Shown one piece after another: positions 18,058 to 26,480 of a DNA stretch of 64,000 nt (position 1 is the first letter of the stretch; every line of letters starts with the position of its first letter). The DNA lies in the NCBI GenBank assembly GCA_965215275.1, contig OZ244044.1, forward strand, positions 477,548 through 541,547, in the 5' to 3' direction. Source of the DNA: Thermodesulfobacteriota bacterium (lineage in GTDB: Bacteria > Desulfobacterota_D > UBA1144 > Nemesobacterales > JAJCZQ01). The notes under the pieces were generated by a model. It saw only the letters and a list, made by a program, of their open reading frames with translations, ran no database searches and was not told the DNA's origin. The position numbers and the translations under genes are program-made.

Positions 18058-18639
18058 TTAATCGTTTGGATCTCCGTGTATTCCTGGTTTATGATTGTTT
18101 TTTAACCAAGATATAAATTTATCTATTTCGGGTTGATGATGATATTTAAGACGGGGAATATTTCCATCTTTTCCACGTGTATCTTCAAAAATTTTGGGGG
18201 TATCTTTTGCATTATCTCCAAAATAATAAAATTCCTCTTTCTTTGAAATAAACACATGGTTAGGATGTTTCATATCCTTGTCTTGCTGGTCTTTGTTACG
18301 AGGATGATCATCACTATTCGGGCATGGTTCTAATTCACCTTTACTATTTTTTCTATATATATTATCTCCACGTTCTTCCTTCCAATTACCTTTTTTATAC
18401 TTTTTTCTCTCAAAACGCGGGTCGTTAAAGTACTTATCAAAATCCATTTTTTCAGAAATTTCCATTGCGTATAGCAGTTTACTACCTCTGCTTTTATCTA
18501 AAAGACCTACTATCCAATCACCTTTTTTTAAATTTAACTCTTTATGATTAGGAACACAAAACGCTAACGTGCAGTATCCCCAGAAGGGGTTTGGAGCACT
18601 TCCTCCATCGTACGGAACTTTATATACACATACCTTCAT
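18058..18639 (-). CDS. Hypothetical protein, first gene of a two-gene operon (possibly Nmad2-like; unverified)
   Basis: 193 aa; AGGAGG 8 nt upstream; N-terminus MKVCVYKVPYDGGSAPNPFWGYCTLAFCVPNHK..GDWIVG resembles a widespread uncharacterised family (..GFAPNPF.G.CTLA.CKP..). Confidence 0.75.
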   Translation of the reverse strand: MKVCVYKVPYDGGSAPNPFWGYCTLAFCVPNHKELNLKKGDWIVGLLDKSRGSKLLYAMEISEKMDFDKYFNDPRFERKKYKKGNWKEERGDNIYRKNSKGELEPCPNSDDHPRNKDQQDKDMKHPNHVFISKKEEFYYFGDNAKDTPKIFEDTRGKDGNIPRLKYHHQPEIDKFISWLKNNHKPGIHGDPND

Positions 18640-18928
18640 ACAATATACCTCCTACATATTAATTTGGTTTTATGATAAACAATAATGGGCAGATTAATTA
18701 GCAGCTAATTCAATACCAGCCATTCCCACAAATGGTTTCTGATCTGCTTCTAACTCATTTGTTGAAAAGTTAAATAAAGCAAACCGAAGGATAAAACTAC
18801 AATACCTTTGCATAAATATGATGATGAACCCCCTTGTTTGCTCGGCACACTAAGCGCCGGGTCTTTGTCCATCATCAAAGGAATCTTTGAAGTTCCGCTT
18901 ATTCCCCTATAGGGGGTGTTTTATTCAC

Positions 18929-18954
18929 GGAGACCCGACATACGGGTTTCCTTT
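18929..18954 (+). terminator. Stem-loop GGAGACCCG-ACATA-CGGGTTTCC followed by TTT (intrinsic-terminator-like on the + strand)
   Basis: 9-bp stem with one G-T pair, read directly. A second short hairpin CCCC-TATA-GGGG followed by TGTTTTATT lies at 18904..18925. No + strand gene is annotated upstream. Confidence 0.3.
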
Positions 18955-19066
18955 GATAATGGACGATGAATAGTTTACTTAAAACAGAATATAGTGTCAA
19001 ATAGCTTTAGATTATGCCTTCAACCTGAATTAGAAAAAATGCTATAAATACTCAATTATTTCATGG

Positions 19067-19318
19067 ATGGGAAAGAAAAAAGTGCTAATAATAATTAACT
19101 ATGTGGCTATAAGAGAGGATTTAATAGAAAAACTGCCCGAAGATGTTAATCCCTGTGGTGAGAACGGAAAATTGCACACATTGTGTTTTGATGGACCCAT
19201 ATTTAATAAGCCACTGGATGTTTTCGTTGGACAGAAAGTCATCAGAACTTACAAAGAACCTTCTAATCAGAACGAGAACATTATATTTGGTTTTTGTGAT
19301 GTGACACTGACAAATTAA
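19067..19318 (+). pseudogene. Orphan 3' fragment of a PP-loop ATPase gene (displaced duplicate of 16863..17050)
   Basis: ORF tail ...EDLIEKLPEDVNPCGENGKLHTLCFDGPIFNKPLDVFVGQKVIRTYKEPSNQNENIIFGFCDV aligns with the C-terminus of 16328..17098. The first about 15 codons are unrelated, and there is no PP-loop. Confidence 0.8.
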
Positions 19319-19420
19319 ACTGTTCGTTGCAAACTGTGTAGTTGACTTACAAACCAATTCACAAGAACCTAGTATAGAGGAAACTATTCTTGACATTCAG
19401 TTGGAATAAAAGTATTATAT

Positions 19421-19744
19421 TATGACAATGCAGATTTTTATACCCCCCCCCCCCATCAATCCCGTAGCAAACGCGACACTCCTAAATGGGAGAACAGAAC
19501 TTCATTTTACAGGAATAATCTAGAGTTTTTACGAGCAACAAATAGTAATAGTGTTTTTCTAGTAGTAACAGACCCACCTTTTAATAAAAACAAGGTTTTT
19601 TCCGCTATACCTGGCAGTTCAGTTTCTGAAATAAAGTTTCAGCATAGATTGTCTTGGGATGACTCTGTTTATGAAAAACGGGGAGATGAAATCACTGATA
19701 ACCTTACTATACGTCAAGCTATGTATGTAGTTTCCACTATTTAA
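19421..19744 (+). pseudogene. N-terminal stub of an N6A/N4C DNA methyltransferase (DPPF motif IV only) carrying an in-frame C12 tract
   Basis: My translation gives MTMQIFITPPPHQSRSKRDTPKWENRTSFYRNNLEFLRATNSNSVFLVVTDPPFNKNKVF...KFQHRLSWDDSVYEKRGDEI...* (107 aa, open by my reading although not listed in the ORF track). The pattern N.LEFLR...S..L.VTDPPF matches the N-terminus of DNA methylase N-4/N-6 enzymes. No AdoMet motif I follows. Confidence 0.55.
19443..19454 (+). repeat. Homopolymer C12
   Basis: Counted directly (tacccccccc ccccat); it lies in codons 8-12 of the methyltransferase stub. Confidence 0.95.
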
Positions 19745-19760
19745 GAGGAGGACAATTAAA

Positions 19761-20471
19761 ATGAAAACAATAAGTCAATACAAATACGAAATTACCATGG
19801 TCCTTTTAATCTTACTTATGGGTCTTGGCGTTCTTTTTTTCTTCAAGTCTTTTTTTGACACTGGTATTAACGACTTAACTACTGAAATATTGGCTGCATT
19901 CCTAGGTTCTATAATAACTGTTATGATCACAATGCTAATAATCCGCCAGCAAGGAAGTATAGAAAAGGCTCAAGAAACTGCCGCCACCAGCAAAACCATA
20001 ATTTTTGAAAAGAAACTTGAATTATTTAGGTTATTTATTCGCACTTATACCAAGTGTGCCATAGACGGTAAACTTGAAAAAAAAGAATTAGGAGAGTTAG
20101 AAGAATTATCGATGGCTATTTCACTTCTATCTCACAAAGTGCAAGTAATAGGAGGCTCATCAGAAGATTTGTTGGATAAATTGAGCCGTTTTATCCTGCA
20201 ACTACAAATATTCAATTTAAAGGACCCAGAAGAATGGGGAGAAGACGAAGAGAAAAAATATGAAAAATATTTCAAATTAGATGAAGAACCCGATCCCAAA
20301 AAACCCAATCCCCCAGAACCAATGTCCATAACAGAAATAATGAATATAATGAGAATGGAACTTGCAGTAAATCAATTAGTTGATAACGAAATAGAAGGAG
20401 ATAACTACAAAAAAGAAAATTACAAATTCACTAAAAGAATGTTGAGATATAGAGAATATAGAAACAATTAA
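19761..20471 (+). CDS. Hypothetical 2-TM membrane protein with an acidic/coiled-coil cytoplasmic tail
   Basis: 236 aa; GAGGAGG RBS; two N-terminal hydrophobic helices, then a charged domain; no recognisable family. Confidence 0.7.
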   Translation: MKTISQYKYEITMVLLILLMGLGVLFFFKSFFDTGINDLTTEILAAFLGSIITVMITMLIIRQQGSIEKAQETAATSKTIIFEKKLELFRLFIRTYTKCAIDGKLEKKELGELEELSMAISLLSHKVQVIGGSSEDLLDKLSRFILQLQIFNLKDPEEWGEDEEKKYEKYFKLDEEPDPKKPNPPEPMSITEIMNIMRMELAVNQLVDNEIEGDNYKKENYKFTKRMLRYREYRNN

Positions 20472-20725
20472 AAAGCCAATTTAAAAATTATTGTAGTTAG
20501 TTTTGTTTTGTATAATTTACTTTAAAAACTTTTATAACTTTTTCACGACAACGGTTCTTTAAAATAATAAACCAATTAGCCACTTGAAGATGCTCCACCC
20601 AACCCAGCTCTTTATAAAATCTCATTTTGGTAGGTATTTTAATTCAGTCCCTAATTATCTTTGCAATCATCATACCATTTTGTTATAATTTTTTTAGTTA
20701 TTTTTATTTTAGGAGGAAAAATGAA

Positions 20726-20953
20726 ATGACTAGTCTGAAAGTGCGTCAAATCGGCAACTCTCTTGGTGTTGTATTGCCAAAAGAAGTATTAACTCGGTTA
20801 AACATTACCGATGGAGATGTTTTGTATCTCACAGATCTTCTGGATAATTCCATACAGATCACGTCCTTTGACCCAGCTTTTGAAGATCAGATGAAGGCGG
20901 CAGAAGAAATAATGGAAAAATATAGCAATACATTGCGAGAACTTGCTAAGTGA
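20726..20953 (+). CDS. AbrB/MazE/SpoVT-fold antitoxin (partner of Doc)
   Basis: ORF 20627.. trimmed to ATG 20726 (AGGAGG 9 nt upstream). MTSLKVRQIGNSLGVVLPKEVLTRLNITDGDVLYL is the looped-hinge-helix swapped-hairpin motif. The stop overlaps the toxin start (ATGA-type coupling). Confidence 0.85.
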   Translation: MTSLKVRQIGNSLGVVLPKEVLTRLNITDGDVLYLTDLLDNSIQITSFDPAFEDQMKAAEEIMEKYSNTLRELAK

Positions 20954-21336
20954 ACGAACCTATATGGATTGTCAGTTCCGTAGCTAACTCCATACACAAT
21001 GCAGTGATCGCTAAATATGGTGGGGGAACATCTGGTATCAGAGATGAAGGCTTGCTTGAATCAGCACTTGCCCGCCCCATTAACTCCCATGCCTATGGCC
21101 AAACGGACCTGTGTGCTCTGGCCGCAAGCTATGCCTACGGAATTGCTCGCAATCACCCTTATATTGATGGGAACAAACGTACTGCATTTGTCACAGCTTG
21201 TCTCTTCCTACAAACCAATGGACTTGAAGTAACTATGGATGAAGCGATTGCAACTACGGCAATGCTTGACCTTGCAGCGGGGAAAATCAGCGAAGAGGAG
21301 TTTGCAACATGGTTGCACGCTCATACCAAGAAATAA
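20950..21336 (+). CDS. doc: Doc (death-on-curing) family Fic-fold toxin
   Basis: 128 aa; Fic/Doc motif HPYIDGNKRTAF. Confidence 0.9.
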   Translation: MNEPIWIVSSVANSIHNAVIAKYGGGTSGIRDEGLLESALARPINSHAYGQTDLCALAASYAYGIARNHPYIDGNKRTAFVTACLFLQTNGLEVTMDEAIATTAMLDLAAGKISEEEFATWLHAHTKK

Positions 21337-21361
21337 TCCTGTATTACTTTAAACTCTACCC

Positions 21362-21844
21362 TCAAGACCAGGGTTCTTTAAAATAATGAACAAAATTAGC
21401 TACTTGCGGACGCTCCGTCCAGCCCAGTTTCTTATAAAATCCCATTTTATAAGAAGGTTTTTCTTTCCCGTTTGTTACCATCAACCTATAAGCGTCCCTG
21501 TTTTTTCCTTCATTGATAACCGACTTGATCAACAATCTGCCCGCACCTTTTCCGCTTGCCGAAGGCAGAACAAAAACGTCGGACACGTAACCCTCAACGC
21601 TGCCAAGCATAATGAACGGAACCCAGTGAACGTTGATAAACCCTATCACACTGCCCTGCTCGTCAATGGCAACGTAGACCGTATGTCCTTCCGGGTCATT
21701 TAAGGCATGATCGATCAGGAGTTTAATTGGGTTGGCAACTTCCTGCCTGGACATTGAGTTCCTTCTTTCAGACCAGCCTATCTCCTGCAAAATACCTGCC
21801 ATTGAGTAAGCATCTTCTATAACTGCCTTTCTGATCTTCAGCAT
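21362..21844 (-). CDS. GNAT family N-acetyltransferase
   Basis: 160 aa; acetyl-CoA-binding pattern ...VLPSASGKGAGRLLI... Confidence 0.85.
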   Translation of the reverse strand: MLKIRKAVIEDAYSMAGILQEIGWSERRNSMSRQEVANPIKLLIDHALNDPEGHTVYVAIDEQGSVIGFINVHWVPFIMLGSVEGYVSDVFVLPSASGKGAGRLLIKSVINEGKNRDAYRLMVTNGKEKPSYKMGFYKKLGWTERPQVANFVHYFKEPWS

Positions 21845-21857
21845 CGTTTTTTCTCAG

Positions 21858-22628
21858 TTAGTTCCCCTTCAGACTTTCCAAGACCTGCCTCAGTCTGCCA
21901 ACTGTCTTCTCCGAAGCCAAACTGACGGCTATGTCCTTGTCTGAAGACCCCGATATTTCCTGGATCTTCCGGAAAACATCACCCCTCATTGCTTTTTTCG
22001 CAATTGAATAAGCATAGATATTATCATCTTTAAACTCCGAGGCATGACTGGTCGCTATATCCATCAAGCGGCCACTTGTAGTAACGTCATGGAAAACCCC
22101 CAACTTCAACGCCTCCTCAGGACCATAAAGAACACCCCTGAATATCATCTCCTCGGCCCTCCTGCTGCCAACCGAGTATTTTACTATCTCTGCAAAGGCA
22201 CTCGGCATTGGAAATCCAACCGTGATCTCGTTCAAGCCAAATTTTGCATCCGTGTTCACTGCAAATCTCATATCACAGCAAAGTGCCAGTATAAGCCCGC
22301 CCGCTATTGCGTGACCGTTGATCGCACCTATTACGGGAACTTCTAGCTCAAAAACCCTCAATATGGAATTCCTGAACGTGTCATACCAGCTTTGTATCGC
22401 TTTTTTGTCTCCACTTTCAAATATAGGTATACAGTGGTTCAGATCGATACCAGCTGAAAAAACGTTACCCACGGAGGTCAGTACGACCGGCTTGTTCCCG
22501 TGCTGACTTTCAATCAGGTCAAAAGCGTTATTGAGGTCAGTAAAAAAAGCATCGTTCATAATATTGAGCTTATTAGAAGCCATCCTTACGACCACCACGC
22601 CTTCCTTTTCATCTATCAGCCAGTTCAC
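21858..22628 (-). CDS. Enoyl-CoA hydratase/isomerase (crotonase) family protein
   Basis: 256 aa; FSAGIDL oxyanion-hole motif and GHAIAGGLILALCCDMR. Confidence 0.9.
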   Translation of the reverse strand: MNWLIDEKEGVVVVRMASNKLNIMNDAFFTDLNNAFDLIESQHGNKPVVLTSVGNVFSAGIDLNHCIPIFESGDKKAIQSWYDTFRNSILRVFELEVPVIGAINGHAIAGGLILALCCDMRFAVNTDAKFGLNEITVGFPMPSAFAEIVKYSVGSRRAEEMIFRGVLYGPEEALKLGVFHDVTTSGRLMDIATSHASEFKDDNIYAYSIAKKAMRGDVFRKIQEISGSSDKDIAVSLASEKTVGRLRQVLESLKGN

Positions 22629-22684
22629 GACTGCTCCTTTAATTCAGGGAATTATTTTAAACCTTTGCTAAAAACTGCCATAAC

Positions 22685-24382
22685 TCACCTGATCATCTTT
22701 ACCCAGGAATCCCTAAGTGTAACGGTTCTGTTAAAAACCCGCTTATCGTCCGAACCGTCCTTGGGGTCCAGAATAAAATACCCTTTCCTCTCAAACTGAT
22801 AATTAACTCCTGCTTTTGCATCAGCAAGTCCCGGTTCCAGAAGCGCGTTGCTGATCACTCTGACGGAGTCCGGGTTTAAAAGTTCCCTGTAATCCCGGTT
22901 CGGGTCGTGAACCGGATCAGCAGCCGTAAACAACCTGTCATAAAGCCTGATCTCCGCCGTTATGGCGTGCTTTGCACTAACCCAGTGGATAGTACCTCTG
23001 ACCTTTCTTCCGTCTGACGACCTGCCACCTTTTGTTTCCGGGTCGTAAGTACAGTGAACTTCCTTTATTTCTCCGGTTCTGTCGTCCTTTATGAGATCAA
23101 CACATTTAATGTAGTACGCGTACCTAAGTCTCACTTCACTGCCCGGAAAAAGCCTGAAATATTTTTTAGGCGGGTCTTCCATAAAATCGTCCCTGTCAAT
23201 ATAGATCTCTCTGCTGAACGGTAAAAGGCGAATACCGTCATCAGGATCTTCTGGATTGTTAACCGCTTCAACCTCTTCCTCTCGGTCAGCCGGGTAGTTA
23301 ACTATCACGACCTTAAGCGGATCAAGCACGCCCATTACCCGTAACGCCTTTTTATTCAGGTATTCCCTGATACTGTGCTCCAGCAGGGAAAAATCGATCA
23401 CACTGTCGTTCTTGGTAATGCCCACCCGCTCACAGAAACTCTTTATGGACCCCGGGGTGTACCCTCTTCTTCTCAGTCCCGCTATCGTGGGCATCCTCGG
23501 GTCATCCCATCCTGATACATGACCTTCGTTTACAAGCTCGGTAAGCATTCGCTTGCTGAGGACCGTGTAGCTGAGAGACAGCCTTGCAAACTCTATCTGC
23601 TGCGGACGATATATACCGAGCTGGTCCAGGAACCAGTTATAAAGAGGTCTGTGGTCTTCAAACTCCAGCGTGCAGAGCGAATGAGTAATTCCTTCAATTG
23701 AATCCGACTGCCCATGTGCCCAGTCATAAGTGGGATACACGTACCATCTTTCACCCGTGTGGTAATGAGGCGTCTCAAGTATCCTGAACATAACGGGGTC
23801 TCGCATGTTCATATTACCGTGGGCCATGTCGATCTTTGCCCTAAGCACGTGCGTGTGCTCGGCAAATTTGCCGGTCCTCATCTTGTCAAAAAGCTCTAGG
23901 TTTTCCTCTACCGACCTGTTCCTGTACGGACTTTCCCTTCCAGTCTCGTTCAAGGTCCCCCTGTACTGCCTGATCTCATCGGCGCTCAGACTGTCGACGT
24001 AAGCCCTTCCCTTCCTGATAAGATCAACTGCAAATTCACACAGCTTTTCAAAATAATCAGACGCATAATGGGTCCTGTTTCCCCAGCCAAATCCCAGCCA
24101 TTTTATATCTTCCTTGATAGATCCAACGTACTCCTCCTCTTCTCTGGCCGGGTTAGTATCATCAAAACGAAGGTTGCAGGTGCCCCCGAACTCTTCGGCT
24201 ATACCGAAGTTAAGACAGATCGCCTTTGCATGCCCTATGTGAAGACAGCCATTGGGTTCCGGAGGAAACCGCGTGACGACCTTTCCGTCGTTCTTGCCCG
24301 TTTTTATATCATCGTCAATTATAGAACGGATAAAATCACGCGTCTGGACCAACGTCCTATGTTCTGACCCTTCTTTATTCAT
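22685..24382 (-). CDS. glnS: Glutaminyl-tRNA synthetase
   Basis: 565 aa; [17 protein letters not shown] (HIGH), VLSKR (KMSKS-like), and a C-terminal anticodon-binding beta-barrel pattern. Confidence 0.96.
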   Translation of the reverse strand: MNKEGSEHRTLVQTRDFIRSIIDDDIKTGKNDGKVVTRFPPEPNGCLHIGHAKAICLNFGIAEEFGGTCNLRFDDTNPAREEEEYVGSIKEDIKWLGFGWGNRTHYASDYFEKLCEFAVDLIRKGRAYVDSLSADEIRQYRGTLNETGRESPYRNRSVEENLELFDKMRTGKFAEHTHVLRAKIDMAHGNMNMRDPVMFRILETPHYHTGERWYVYPTYDWAHGQSDSIEGITHSLCTLEFEDHRPLYNWFLDQLGIYRPQQIEFARLSLSYTVLSKRMLTELVNEGHVSGWDDPRMPTIAGLRRRGYTPGSIKSFCERVGITKNDSVIDFSLLEHSIREYLNKKALRVMGVLDPLKVVIVNYPADREEEVEAVNNPEDPDDGIRLLPFSREIYIDRDDFMEDPPKKYFRLFPGSEVRLRYAYYIKCVDLIKDDRTGEIKEVHCTYDPETKGGRSSDGRKVRGTIHWVSAKHAITAEIRLYDRLFTAADPVHDPNRDYRELLNPDSVRVISNALLEPGLADAKAGVNYQFERKGYFILDPKDGSDDKRVFNRTVTLRDSWVKMIR

Positions 24383-24418
24383 GAAAAGTTAAAAAAGACC
24401 GCGGACAAAAGCAGCTGG

Positions 24419-24979
24419 TCAACTGTTTTTCCACTTGATGTTACAACCTATGCTCGGTACCTGGCTGCCGGATATTTCCTTTCCCTCGATCAGATCGTCA
24501 AGCACCTTTCTTATATCTGAGCCCGTAACGGGTTTTTCGTTCCCGGGCCGGGAATCGTCCATCTGACCACGATAGACCAGTTTAGAATCCCCGTCATAGA
24601 TAAAAAAGTCCGGCGTGCAGGCGGCATCGTAGGACCTTGCAACTTCCTGCGTCTCGTCAAACAGGTATGGAAAAGGATAGCCGAGCCTGTGAGCAACGGC
24701 TTTCATGTTATGAGGAGAGTCGTCGGGATAATTTTCCACGTCATTCGAATTTATCGCAATGAACTGCACGCCCCGAGGCAGGTAATCGTTTGCCAGATCA
24801 ACCAGACCGGTCTGAATATGCTTTACGTAGGGACAGTGATTACAGATAAACATTATCACGGTCGCAGTATCCGATTTCAGTTCGTCCAGACTCACGTCCT
24901 GCCCGCTTACCGCGTCCGGAAGTTTAAATCCCGGGGCGGCCGAACCGAGCGGCACCATTGTTGATGGAGTTAAGACCAT
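24419..24979 (-). CDS. Thioredoxin-fold thiol-disulfide oxidoreductase (AhpC/TSA-redoxin-like)
   Basis: 186 aa; CNHCP active-site motif in a redoxin context. Confidence 0.8.
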   Translation of the reverse strand: MVLTPSTMVPLGSAAPGFKLPDAVSGQDVSLDELKSDTATVIMFICNHCPYVKHIQTGLVDLANDYLPRGVQFIAINSNDVENYPDDSPHNMKAVAHRLGYPFPYLFDETQEVARSYDAACTPDFFIYDGDSKLVYRGQMDDSRPGNEKPVTGSDIRKVLDDLIEGKEISGSQVPSIGCNIKWKNS

Positions 24980-24994
24980 AATGCTTCCTCCGGT

Positions 24995-25627
24995 TTAATT
25001 ATTTTGATCACTGAATCCAATATCACTATGAGAACCATCGCAGTAGGGTTTGTTCTTTGAAGCACCACATCTGCACAGACTGTAATGCTCCCGGGAAGGA
25101 GGCTGAAGTTCTTCAGGGACGTTTATCCCGATACCGCCAACCACGTTATAAGGTCCGTTCCGAGCGACCTTGATCTCAGCATCTCTTTCAAAATCCCTGA
25201 CCTGAAAATTACCGACCGAATAGCTCAGTGCACCGGATGGACATCTTTCAACGACTTTTTTTATCTGATCGGCTGCAGCACCGTCGGGACGGATCCACGG
25301 CTTGGAACTAACGTCAAAGACCGAACTTAATCCCGATACACATTCTCCGGCGTGACAGCAGACCGCTCTGTTGTCGTAAATGGTCACTTCCTTTCCTTCG
25401 TAAGAAGTCTCTCTGTTTAAAGAAGCCGTTCTTTCTCTTTCTGACGTAAAACCCGCTTTCCTGTGCGTACCGTCGCAAAATGGTTTGTTCGAGGAACTGC
25501 CGCACCTGCAAAGAGCTATCTTTTCATCCGTTTTTACCGCGGACCCATTTGCATCCGTCAGTTTTTTCAGATTATCAACGATCAGGGGACCGTCGCTCAG
25601 CACGTCAATTTTAACTTTATCGCTCAT
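24995..25627 (-). CDS. CDGSH iron-sulfur domain protein (two CDGSH motifs flanking a Cys-rich ferredoxin-like segment)
   Basis: CRCGSSSNKPFCDGTH and CRCGASKNKPYCDGSH, read in the 210-aa ORF. Confidence 0.88.
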   Translation of the reverse strand: MSDKVKIDVLSDGPLIVDNLKKLTDANGSAVKTDEKIALCRCGSSSNKPFCDGTHRKAGFTSERERTASLNRETSYEGKEVTIYDNRAVCCHAGECVSGLSSVFDVSSKPWIRPDGAAADQIKKVVERCPSGALSYSVGNFQVRDFERDAEIKVARNGPYNVVGGIGINVPEELQPPSREHYSLCRCGASKNKPYCDGSHSDIGFSDQNN

Positions 25628-25771
25628 AAACCTTCCGACCTTTTACCTTCATATAATGAAAAGATAGCACAGGATCAGGGTAAATTCCAATAAGTAAGTT
25701 ATATATCATCAGCCAGAACGGAACGAGCAGCAATAAACCCTGATCATCATCTTTTCAGGTCACACTGAACT

Positions 25772-26440
25772 TCAGGACAGAAGATCCCTTACTCTCTTTA
25801 TACGGTCTTCTACAGGCTCCTGCTCCTCAGGGGTCTGTGGAACGTTCATGCCTTTAATTACGGCAGGTCTTTTACCTATCTGCTCATACCATCTTTTAAG
25901 GTTCGGGAACTGCTCCAGATCAATTCCCGCCCACTCGTGCGCGTCTATCCACGGCCAGTGCGCAATGTCAGCTATTGAATACTCCCCGGCAATGAACTCA
26001 CTTTCTGACAGCTGTCCGTCCATAACGCCGTACAGTCTTTTCGTCTCGTTCTGGTAACGGTCAATAGCGTACTGTATTTTCTCGGGAGCGTACCTGTAAA
26101 ACACGTTCGCCTGCCCCTGCATCGGACCGACCCCCGCCATCTGGAACATGAGCCACTGTATAACGCGGTATCTGGCTTTACCCGATACAGGCAAAAACTT
26201 TCCGGTTTTTTCTGCCAGATAGATAAGTATTGCCCCGGATTCGAACAGACAAAGGTTTTCATTATCCTCATCTATTATTGCAGGTATCCTGCCGTTGGGA
26301 TTGATACGAAGGTACCAGTCCTGTTTCTGCTCCATTTTTTCCAGGTCCACCGAACGGGTACTGTACTCAAGCCCCATTTCTTCAAGTGCAATTGAAACTT
26401 TCCTGCCGTTCGGCGTAGCCGCCGTGTACAGTCTGATCAC
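25772..26440 (-). CDS. Glutathione S-transferase (nu-class, YfcG/YghU-like)
   Basis: 222 aa; [18 protein letters not shown]...[13 protein letters not shown]-terminal GST pattern. Confidence 0.88.
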   Translation of the reverse strand: MIRLYTAATPNGRKVSIALEEMGLEYSTRSVDLEKMEQKQDWYLRINPNGRIPAIIDEDNENLCLFESGAILIYLAEKTGKFLPVSGKARYRVIQWLMFQMAGVGPMQGQANVFYRYAPEKIQYAIDRYQNETKRLYGVMDGQLSESEFIAGEYSIADIAHWPWIDAHEWAGIDLEQFPNLKRWYEQIGKRPAVIKGMNVPQTPEEQEPVEDRIKRVRDLLS

Positions 26441-26480
26441 CTTTTAACCTCTGTTACTGACGTTAAATTCGTTTTTCTTT

